Assembly: GCA_030390025.1 (NCBI GenBank)
Contig: CM059425.1
Coordinates: 168,766,001 to 168,830,000 of the forward strand
Length of the DNA: 64,000 nucleotides
Direction: 5' to 3'
Source: Squalus acanthias
Taxonomy: Eukaryota
Shown: piece after piece, positions 12,501 to 24,500 of the stretch
Layout: each line of letters opens with the position of its first letter
Numbering within the stretch: position 1 is the first letter of the stretch
Translations under genes and position numbers: made by a program
Notes under the pieces: model-generated
Told to the model about the DNA's origin: nothing
Database searches by the model: none
Seen by the model: the letters and a program-made list of their open reading frames with translations, nothing else

Positions 12501-15500
12501 ATTCTTGATTAATCCTTGCCTCTCCAAGTGGAGACTAATTCTGTCCCTCAGAATTTTTTCCAATAATTTCCCTACCACTAATGTTAGGCTCACTGGCCTG
12601 TAATTCCCTGGTTTATCCCTACTACCCTTCTTGAATAATGGTACTACGTTAGCTGTCCTCCAGTCCTCTGGCACCTCCCCTGTGGGCAGAGAGGTTCGGA
12701 AAATTTGTGTCAGAGCCCCTGCAATCTCCTGCCTTGCCTCACACAGCAGACTGGGATACATCTCGTCTGGGCCTGGGGATTTATCCACTTTTAAGCCCGC
12801 TAAAACCGCTAGTACCTCCTCCCTCTCAATACTAATTTGTTCAAGTATATCACAATCCCCCTGCCTGATTTCTATGCCTACATCATCCTTCTCCATAGTG
12901 AACACACATGCAAAATATTCACTTAAAACCTCACCCACATCTTCCGGCTCTACACACAGATTGCCACTTTGGTCCCCAATGGGCCCTACTCTTTCCCTGG
13001 TTATCCTCTTGCCCTTAATATACTTATAAAACACCTTGGAATTTTCCTTTATTTTGCCCGCCAGTGTTTTTTCATGCCCCCTCTTCGCTCTCCTAATTTC
13101 TTTTTTAAGTACTCCTCTAGGGCTTCCACTGTTTTTAGTCCTTTGTATCTGCCAAAAGCCTCCCTTTTTTTCCTAATCAATTCTCATATATCCCTTGACA
13201 TCCAGTTCCCTGGGCTTGTTGGTCCCACCCTTGACCTTTACGGGAACATGTTGGCGTTGTACTCTCTCTATTTCCTTTCTGAAAGACTCCCACTGCTCTG
13301 ATGTGGATTTTCCTACAAGTAGCTGATCCCAGTCCACTTTGGCCCGATCCTGCCTTATCATATTAAAATCGGCCTTCCCCCAATTTAGAACCTTTATTTC
13401 CGGTCCATCTTTGTCCTTTTCCATGACTACCTTAAATCTCACCGAATTATGGTCACTGTCACCAAAATGCTCTCCTACTGACACTTCTGCCACTTGCCCG
13501 GCTACATTCCCTAGAATTAGGTCCAGTACCGCCCCCCTCTCTTGTAGGACTTTCTACATGCTGGCTCAAAAAGCTCTCCTGGATGCACTTTAAGAATTCC
13601 GCACCCTCTAAGCCTTTCACACTCTGACTATCCCAGTTAATATTGGGGAAGTTGAAATCCCCTACTATTATTACCCTATTATTTCTACACTTCTCTGAGA
13701 TTTATTTATCATATTTAAATCATTAAAAAAAATTTCAGCAGGCTTTCTGCCCAATTGACTCGGAGATCGCAGGGTGGGGAGTCAGAGATCGCAGGGTCCG
13801 ATTGCAGGGTGCGTAAAGAGGTAAGCTTGTTGGGCCTGGAGGAAACACACCTGGTCCACAAGCAGCACTTACCTCATGGATCCAGCCCTTCCCGCCTAGT
13901 TTTACCTGCCGGATTTCCCCAGCCTGCATGGGTAAAAATGAAAATCCTGTTAAAATAGAGGCACGTAACCTCCTTAAAAGCTTTTACTAACCAACCCGCC
14001 TCCTGAGAGCAGATTGGTCACCTGACCCGCCTCCATTAAAACTAGAAGTAGGCCGGTTGGGGTCGGGTTTGAAATTTTCAAAATTTTTACCTCCCACACG
14101 TCCCCGACGCACCAGTCCTTGAGGGTTAAAATTCCTCCCTGTACTTTCATCTCTTATGATCCAGAACATCAGGTGTGTATGCGCCCGTTGGGGCCGCGCA
14201 AGCTCCGGGTTTAGGCATGCGAAGCGCATGCGCTAAAACCTGGAACTTCCGATCTGTCAAGAATCTTCTTGACAGATCCTCCGCATCCCCGGGAGATGGG
14301 CCTCTGTGGGTGGAGAGTTGCGCTATTTGCCCGACTTCCGCCCGCTGAATGCCCGTGAAATTCTTACGCCTGGTAAAAGCAGGCGTCCAGCATAAGAGTT
14401 TTAAAAAAATAGAAAAATAAAATGTTATCACTCATTTATACATTAAAAACCCTGTCCAATAAGGTAAGTTTATTTTTAGCTCCATTTTTTTCAAAAAATT
14501 AATTTTTTGTTCAAAATATTTAATTAAATGCCATTTTAATTAATTTTAAATATGTTAAAAAAAAATTACTTATTTCATGTGTTCGTGTATTTTTTATGTG
14601 ATCCCCATTCATACTTGGGGATTCCCTTTTATTGGTTGGGCCAACCCATGTGATCCTCGGGGCGCTTGCGAACCACAATGGCCTCTACCCGCGTGTACCC
14701 GGAGAGGCCCAGTATCACAAGTCTCCATACCTCCCGGGCCACCAGAATGCGTAGATTTCTTACAGGTCGGAGGCTTCCCGTAGGCGGAAAGTTTAGGTGA
14801 TGGTGAATATCCTTGCCTTCATGCTCTTTTGAGAGAAATAGGTTTAAGGCGTCTCTCACCCACCTTTACATAGATCCTGGAGCTGGAATACACATTCCAG
14901 ATGCACTCCCATAGCATCCAGCTTTGTGAGGGCCACATGAGACACTAGATGGCGTTGAACATTCTACTAGCAGTTACTTTGCAAATCTGCCAATCGATTG
15001 ACTTGCCTTGTGGCTTCTGCGACTCTGGCAGGTTTTTATTTTTTTTGCTTACTCCTGAAGGAGCTGCACCATATGATTAGTTTTATTTGTAATTTTTGTT
15101 GAAATCCAAAATAAACTCAATGCTGCTCTTGAGTTAGCTGGTAGAATGATTGAGAGCGCCAGATGTTGTGACTTACTGTCTGATTCTTAGGTCCATTCTT
15201 TGGGTATATATCCTGCCTCCATCATCTGGGTGGCAGTGTCACAGTGACTTAACCAGTCGCAGGATGTAGATCTGATGAACAGATCTTTTCTTGTGATGTT
15301 GTGAGCTGACCTGCAATGCCCAAAGACTTCAGATGAAATTATTGCTGGGTTTTGGTTGGTTTTTTTTTCAACACCAATTGTTGGGGAGAAAATAAAATTC
15401 TCAGAGCCTAGATGAAGTTCAAAAACACACAGTTTATTAGACAAAGTACTTTGGGAGAAGAGCCAAAAAGGTCCCTTGACCTTGTGTACCCCCTTCTCGT

Positions 15501-18500
15501 TTAACCTTTGTTTAGTACAGCTTATATTCAATATTTTTGGCTACATGCCATCATACATCGATTTTCATCCAATTACATGGTATTACATTAATCACCTGAT
15601 TATATTTTGCCTTTATCTATATTTATTTGGCAATAATCATAAAAGCAGTTACATCTTGTTATGCCTTTTTGAGCATAGTCTAATCCCACAGTTTACTACT
15701 GTATGTTATCTGTGATTGGCACCGTGCCTACGGTCTCTAGCTAACTTTGTAAAAGGCCCCTTTCAATACCTTTATTAAACACTGAACCCTCCCTCAAAAA
15801 TCTGTCTGGCAGCTGTAAGCTTATCTATTCCTTGTCTCAATTTGCAAAACCTTCACTGCTCATGGTTTTATTGCAAATTGTGTAGAAATTGAATTTGACC
15901 ATTCCAAATTAACCCTTTCAGTCCCTCCTGTTTGGTCCCGGATCAAGCTTTTTATCCCGGGAACCAATTACCTTGCCTTTGTTACCATCCCCGGGGTTAA
16001 TTTGGGCTGATACCACCCCTGGAAGGTGGTCAGGTTGTAACCTGACGATTGCCATTCCTTCTTATCCCCACTCACATCCACCTGGTAGGTCCCTCCTGTT
16101 GTTTGAGCTCCCATCCTGAGACAATTCCTGGAAGAGTTTTGATTTAAATACCATGCTGCCATCTCTGACTCATTAAATGGTACTGGTCTTAAAGGTATCC
16201 CTTCCTGTGCATGTATTAGATACATTACTTCGTTTTGCATAGGTATAAGACATATACAGAAATGTGTTTACATTTAATTCTCGTTTCAACCGTCTGTTTG
16301 ATTTCTCTTTTTGATATTTCTGGGCTGTGGGACACCGTAAGTCAACTAGGCAAGGAGTATCCCCGCATGGGACAGTCCAATTACTCCTGCTAGTTATATA
16401 AGTTCTTGAATCTTTGGTAAGCCAGGCTGTAGTGTCGGTTTCTCGCTCCAGCTTCCACTCCTCTCCATCTCTTTCATCAGGGGCTGGGCAGTAAATCGTG
16501 TCTTGGTCACACAATCGTATTGGATCTTGTTTCCGAAGAAGGCACTTGTATTTCAACGAGGCAATGTCCGTAGCGCATATTGCGATTACACTAATACACA
16601 TAAGCAATTTAATCTTATTACTCTAAATTAACAACGTCCCAAAGGCTATATCGCCAACCTAACTATTTGTTGCTTGTAGATTCTGTTCTTCCTGTGAGGG
16701 TGTAATAATACAATTGTTAGTTTGGTTCTCCAATCACAACCATTTGGATTTTTATCCTTTACTTCCTGTCTTTCTCTAACCTGCTGTCTCATTTCTTTTA
16801 ACTGCTTGCTTAATTCAAGGACATATCGGCGGATCCTATCCTGTAAGGGTCCTAGTTCCTCTCCCCCCGTGATAATTCCATAAGGGAGTTGCATTGCTCG
16901 CCCTGTCATTAATTCATAGAGAGATAAGCCTGTCGTTTGATTAGGGATAGCTCGCAATTTCATCAGGACTGCGGGCAGAGCATCTACCCAAAATTGGTGA
17001 ATTTCACTCAGAGCCTTTGCTAATGCGGTTTTTAGGGTTCGGTTCATTCGCTCCACCATCCCAGAGCTCTGAGGACGGTAGGGAATGTGGAATTTTTGTT
17101 TTATTCCCATCCATGCGCAGATATTCTTTACTACCGTTCCCGTGAAATGGGTTCCCTGGTCAGAGTCGATTTGAATAGGAACCCCCCCACCTCGGTATTA
17201 TTTCTTCTGCCATTATCCGGGCCACTGTGGTAGCTGTGCAGTTTCGTGTGGGAAAAGCTTCCACCCATCTTGTGAATGGATCTATTATCACTAAGCAGTA
17301 TACCCTTCCCCTTGAGATCGGTAGGGGTCCCGTAAAGTCTATTTGTATCTTTTCCCAGGGACCCCTTATTCAAATTCAATTCATTGTTCCGGTGTTCCAA
17401 TTCTGCCCCGCCTGGGGTATCCTCTGTTTCTTCTATCTTTCCTGATGTTACCCCGCCTGGGGTCTCCTCTACATTGCTTTGGATCTTCTCTTTCGGTGTG
17501 CTCAATTAATTTGTTGGTGCTGGTTCGTCATAGGCATGAGTACCCAATTGGCTTATGTATCTTACTACATAGGTTACATATATCAAATACACTATCATTA
17601 CAAGTTGGAGAACTACCAGAGCGTGTGAAATAATACAAATCTAAGGGTGTGCTGATGTATTACGCCCAATATCCCACCAGTGTGAGTTGTCCCCTATGCT
17701 GTCAATTTCAATATCTATTCTCGAATTGTCTTGCTCCACAACATAAAAATGCTTTAGGGAGGAGTTCAGTCGCGTCACAAGCTTACTGAATTCCTCAGAC
17801 AACAGGGGAATGTAGTATCCGAATTGTGCCACATAATTGTGTAGCTCATACTTAAAAACGTGTTGGTTGATGGGCCAGGTCCTGTTAGACCCATAAGCAT
17901 GGTAATTGTGGTAGTGGTGACACAGGAGGCACCACCAAAACCATCTCATACTGGATTCGCACTGGTTTTTCCCACGCTCTGTTACCTACAAAACACAATT
18001 ATTACAGTCACAGTTAAATTCAGTCTTACAATCATTTCCATCGACATTACAGTTTAACATCTAGTCAACAAATCATGGACTTAAAAGATTCTCCAGATCT
18101 CTCTTTTACTCATATCCATCTTGTGGATAATTCTTACTAAACATGATTTCTCCTTAGCCCTCAATTGTCCCAATCCAGATTCCATGTAACTCTCCACTTC
18201 AACTTCAATTTCAATCCCTCTAACAGGTACCAGTGTATTTAACTCTATTCTGATTGTTTCATTAATTAGATAGTTTCTCGACGGAGTATGTGTCAATGCT
18301 TTAAAAGTTGTCTCGCTCTCCTGAACCACATTAACCATTTCATGTTTTGCTGTTATCAAGTAACTGAGCATGTCTGAGACCCGTTCTTCAGTGCAGATTC
18401 AACATACATTCCCGGATGGCAACTGCCTCACATGTAACAAATCACATTTGCACACTCATATCGGTATCTCCACATCATGCCACATGTGCCTTTCTCGGGC

Positions 18501-21500
18501 TTTCAGGTATCTTATCAAAAGATTGTCTGGAGGTCTTTGTTCATCTTCCTCTGCATGGTCCCGATGTCTTGGGTAGTGGCTAGGCTATCAAATTCAGTTT
18601 CCTTAAAAAGTTCATTATAGGCAGGGACACAAATGTCTCCAAGAGAAAGCTATCAATTTACTATTCTTAACTACACTTTCCTGACTTTCACCAGAAAGTT
18701 TGGAAAATTCTCAATTGGTGGTGTAATTCTCCTGTTTCTATCTCACCCTCAATCACTTCCTTTCTCCATTTTACACATCCTATTAATTACCATTCATATC
18801 TCATTCATGAGCCCTGGAGGAACTTTACTGTCCAGTACAATATTTAAGATTGAAAACATAGATCAAACATTCTCACGTGGTCCAAGTTATTAATACTTTT
18901 TATTTATCATTATTTTAGAGGATCTTTTATTTTTCCAAAAGTAACCCAATATATAGTGCCTGAGTTCATTTTGTCATTTCAAAATTATCCTGAAATCCAA
19001 ACTGCAGTACTGTTGAACTGACAGGTTTTGTCAATGTTCAATTTCATTTCTATAACTTAAACAGCTGTCAGTGGAAAGGGTTAACTCCTTTGCAGGGTTT
19101 TTTTTATGAAGGCGGAGCGAAACATTGTCAGACGCACGCAATTGCGTCATTTCACGTAACTGAACACGAACAGAAAAAAAAATAAACCAAACCAGTACAT
19201 GCTTGTAGAAAACCATAAATTACATCATATTTCTTATTGTCCTTTCTTCAGATGCCTTTCCAAAATACTGTAAAAACATTGAATATAACTGGAGAAAAAT
19301 TAGTTTTCACATTTAAGCAAATCAAATCAAACAGCTTTGGAAGATTTCACCATAGCAACCGCGACTCCAAGGTTAAATCTTAGACCGAAACTTAATCTTT
19401 GTTAAACAAACCTTTGTTGTTCTTCTCAGTTTTACACACCAGCTTGACTCAAATTGTAGTTCAAAGTTTTTTTTCTCTAATTCTTGGGGCACAATTTATT
19501 GCAGCCACACATCGTGGCATTGCCTTCGCTACTGGATCCCTCTTTAACTAACTGTTGAATCGGCTCTGCTTTCCCTGCAAAGTCTGATATAAAACTTCTG
19601 TCTATCCCTGACAGTAAAAGCGAATTTCCCTTGTGATTCCTCTGCCAATGGTATGGACCAGAACCCGTTCTGTATCCAAGACTGTAAATATTTTAAAGTC
19701 TGGTTTCAGACCATTAAATATCTTATTCAATGTGGTCTACACAAATTTACACCAACCAGAATTTCACCGTGCACAATAAAAGTCTGGTTTTAATAGGTTA
19801 ATTAACCTCAATAACTCCAATTCAATCTAGATCAAAAATTTTCTTTTAAACTAACCAGTATCAAAGATAAAGAAAGAAACCATAGCCACATTAACAAAGA
19901 AACAATTACCCATTCCTTGTAGACATTCAAATTCATTTTTTCTTCCAGGCACATTGGCAACTGTGACTTCAAGGCTGAAGCTTATTTTTTGTAAAACAAT
20001 TAACAAACTCAAAACAACAAAACAAGTTTTCAAAGGGTTAAACAGTTTTTCCTTTAACTTCTGTCCTGTTCTTAAGTATTCATTCTCCTGTTGTAGCTCT
20101 AAGATTTTCTCGTTTTGTCTCATCAAACCCACATGTAGATCTCGTACCTTCCTGGTCACTACGACCAGTTGGTGTACTAAGATCACTCCTGCTTTCTTAA
20201 TCCTTTTCTGTTTCTGTCTCATCCACCACTCTTTCTGAGTGACAGGTGATTGGAACGGATCCCATCCGTCCTTAATCATCTTTTCCACCATACCCTTCCG
20301 GTCATCTGCATAGAACCTAGTAAGGGACCCTTCTGGCCCCCAGTCTGGTCCTTTCCCCGATGCCATCTATAGTCCGACGTCAGTCCTCTACTGCGTTCCT
20401 CTAATCGGGCTGGTCTAGGAAACCTAGTCTGACTACAATCTTACCCTACTTCTGTTGTGTCTCGCCAGGCGACAGATTTTCCTTCGAATAAAAAGTTAGT
20501 GACACTTTGGTTACTCAATCACACCTCTGACTTTGCCTCCCGGAGTGCTTTGGAGCCTCTACGCCTACTTTATGGTCCTGGCCTTCACGTGGGGCATTAG
20601 CCCTCTTAATAACCGGCCTGAGGCTAGGCGTATGAGACAGGCACTCCCCTTGTCCGCTGGGCTCAATCAGGTCTTACCCTTCTCGACATATATCGCTACA
20701 ACAGTTCTGCCTTAATTACTTTATATCATTCAAATATCCTCAAATTATGTACTCTTACTTTCATTCAATCCACACACTCAGTTAATCCTGGCCTTCGCGT
20801 GGGGCATTTGCCGTCTTAACAACCAGCTCAGGCTGAGTGTGCCTTATTCAACATCCACAGTCACCATTTACTCACTCTCTCTCTCTCTCGCTCTCTCTTT
20901 CTCACATCTACTCACTGTGTGTGTTTCTCACTTCTCACAACTCTTTCTCATTCGGAGTGCTACGATGCTGTCATTCCGTGTTCCCAGATGACACAATTGT
21001 TGGACGGTCAAAATTTTGACTGCTCGTCCGAGTTCACTGGTACAAACGGTTTGTCAACCTCGCAGCACCCTGCTCGCAGCGCCAAATTGTTGGGGAGAAA
21101 ATAAAATTCTCAGAGCCTAGATGAAGTTCAAAAACACACAGTTTATTAGACAAAGTACTTTGGGAGAAGAGCCAAAAAGGTCCCTTGACCTTGTGTACCC
21201 CCTTCTCGTTTAACCTTTGTTTAGTACAGCTTATATTCAATATTTTTGGCTACATGCCATCATACATCAATTTTCATCCAATTACATGGTATTACATTAA
21301 TCACCTGATTATATTTTGCCTTTATCTATATTTATTTGGCAATAATCATAAAAGCAGTTACATCTTGTTATGCCTTTTTGAGCATAGTCTAATCCCACAG
21401 TTTACTACTGTATGTTATCTGTGATTGGCACCGTGCCTACGGTCTCTAGCTAACTTTGTAAAAGGCCCCTTTCAATACCTTTATTAAACACTGAACCCTC

Positions 21501-24500
21501 CCTCAAAAATCTGTCTGGCAGCTGTAAGCTTATCTATTCCTTGTCTCAATTTGCAAAACCTTCACTGCTCATGGTTTTATTGCAAATTGTGTAGAAATTG
21601 AATTTGACCATTCCAAATTAACCCTTTCACCAAATTACAGATGTAATGCGCCAGTGAACATCAGCAATGTAAGTCAATCGTCTGATCTGATACGTGTGTT
21701 GGGATCAGCTGATTGTTAAACCATATTTAATAATAAGTTTATCCTGTGAGTGATGATGTTTTGGCAGGTATAATTTCATGACAAATGGTTGGCAGTGAGT
21801 TGCAAGTTAGCAGTTTAATTGGTTAGATCTGATATAATCTACAAGACAAATTCATAATGTGCATAGAACAGTGATATTGTGTTACTGCTTTAAATCACTG
21901 TCACATTTATTTGAATATTTTTTTTCAAGCAATTTTCACTTTTTATTGCATTACGTTAATTTTAAACACACACAACTTATTTTTTTATCTTGCAGAAAGC
22001 TCACTTTCTGGGATACCTAAACCAGGTCAATTCTTCATTCCACATAGCTTGACATTTGTGCCTGTATTAGGCCAGCTGTGTGTCGCTGATAGAGAAAATG
22101 GACGAATCCAGTGTTTTATAGCACAATCTGGACAATTCCTTCGGGAGATTCAGCACCCTGAATTTGGAGAGCGACTGTTTGCAGTGTCCTACACGCCTGA
22201 CAATGGTAATACTGGAGATTGTGTACCTGTGCAAGGGCAAGGGTGTTTATATCTTTGCAAAATTGTACAGTTGATGCAAGTTGTTGAAGCTTTCAAATTC
22301 AGTTAATTAATAAGCCCAAAAAAATAGAAACAAAGTTGTAAACACCATCAGTATAACATTTTGTGACATAAAAAAAGTGTTGGAAATATACAGCAAGTTA
22401 ATCGGGATCTGTAAAGAGAAAAGACAGGTTATGATGTTTTAGGTATGTAACCCTTCATCAGACTTAAGGTTAAGAGATAAGTCGCGAATAAATACGGTGA
22501 CTGGTTGAGGCCCCAACACAGATCCCTATGGGACACCACTAGCCATATCCTGCCAATTAGAGTACCTGCCCATTATTTCTACTCACTGTCTCCTGTCGCT
22601 CAGCCAGTTTCCTAACCTGGTCAATATTTTGCCTTCAATTCCATGAGCTTCAACTTTAGCTAACAGTCTCTTAGGGATTTTATTGAATGCCTTCTGGAAA
22701 TCCATGTAAATAGCATCCCCTGTTCACTAATTTAGTCACCTCTTCAAAAAATTTAATCAGGTTAGTCAGGCATGACCTACACTTCAGAAATCCATTGGTG
22801 TGAGCCATACAAAACCATTTAGAGACATACCGATGAGAGAGGAGATAGAGTGAAGGAAAGAGTAACACAGCAAAATTCAACAAAAGAGACACGAAGAGAA
22901 ATACAGGTAGAGTAATGAGAAAAGTGAGAGAGCCATACAAAAAAGCGAGAAAGAGTGGGATACAGAGAGAGAGAGATGTGGAAAGAATTAGACAGTGGGG
23001 AAAAAGGTATAGAGACAGTTGCAGGAAGCGAGACACTTTTTGTAGTATGTCATAGAGTCATAACGGCACAGAAGGAGGTCATTCAGCCCATCGAGTCTGT
23101 GCCGGCTCTCTGTAGAGCAATCCAGTCAGTCCCATTCCCCCGCTCTATCCCCGTAGCCCTGCAAGTTTATTTCCCTCAAGTGCCTATCCAGTCTCCCCTT
23201 GAAAACATTGAGTGTCTCCGCTTCCACCACTTCCGTCGGCAGTGAGTTCCAGGTCCTCAGCACTCGCTGCGTAAAAAAGTTTTTCCTCACATCCCCCCTG
23301 TATCTCTTGCCCAAAACCTTAAATCTGTGTCCCCTAGTCCTTGTACCATCAACTAGTGGGAACAGCCGTTCCCCGTCTAGCCTATCCAAACCCGTCATAA
23401 TCTTGTACACATTTATCAAATCACCCCTCAACCTCCTTTGCTCGAATGAAAACAAATCCAGATTCTCCAACCTGTCCTTGTAGCTAAGATCCCCCATCCC
23501 CGGAACCATTCTGGTAAATCTCCTCTGCACCCTCTCAAGTGCCTTCACATCCTTCCTAAAGTGTGGTGACCAGAACTGGATGCAATATTCCAGTTGTGGC
23601 CTAACCAGCGCTTTATAAAGGTTCAGCATAACTTCTCTACTTTTGTACTCACTACCTCAGTTTATGAAGCCCAAGATCCCATATGCTTTGTTAACCACTC
23701 TCTCAATATGTCTTGCTACCTTCAGGGACCTATGCACATTAACTCCCAGGTCCCTCTGTCCCTGCACACTCTTTAAAACTGTGCCATTAAGTGTATATTG
23801 CCTCTCCCTGTTCCTTCTGCCAAAATGCATCACCTCACACTTCTCGATTAAATTCCATCTGCCACTTGTCTGCCCATTCTGCTAGCTGTAATAAATATAT
23901 TATGTAATGATACATTGGACATGAGTTGGTACAATGTTTCTGTTGTTAGAAACAGCATATTCTGCCTCACCATGAGCAACACCATGGGAAATCTGCTATT
24001 AGTATACATTAAATAAATTATACATCAAAATTGAGTATACCTGCATTTGCAAAGATTTCAGCAGTTCAAGAAGATGACCCACCACCTTCTCGGACAAGTA
24101 GAGATGAGTGATAAATGTGGCCTTGCCAGCATTGCCCACATCCTGTGAACAGAAAAAAAAAAATACTCGTACGTGCTCAACCATAGTTGTTTTAAAACAG
24201 CTGTGTGAGTAACTTAAAAATTACATAATTTTAAAACTGACTTCAATAAGCACAATGCTATATTGTCTTATAATTTGTATTAATTTGTTGGTCTTGGGCA
24301 GACTATGAAGAGGACTCATTACACAAGTCATTTGCAATAATTATCAGGGAGGAAAAGACCTTCTTCACCCTTAGATACACTAGAATCGAATTTCCAGATT
24401 AGAAATCTATGATCAAAATCATCCCTTGTTGCATTTAACTATTTTACGACTTGATTTATTTAATTCTATTGTGATATTTTATTTTAGGTGGTCAATTATA

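Larger units (their letters stand above)
15379..21629 (-). mobile_element. Defective endogenous retrovirus-like LTR element, antisense in a PAM intron
   Basis: Two 542-bp TG...CA LTRs, PBS, PPT, gag/RT/IN/env-like remnants; flanks CCAAT (15374-78) and CCAAA (21630-34) form a 5-bp TSD with one mismatch. Confidence 0.93.

Noticed and set aside
16646..17366. Integrase ORF as the host gene GIN1 (a PAM neighbour in human) or NYNRIN
   Set aside because: It is intronless, frameshifted and enclosed by LTRs, PBS and PPT inside a PAM intron.
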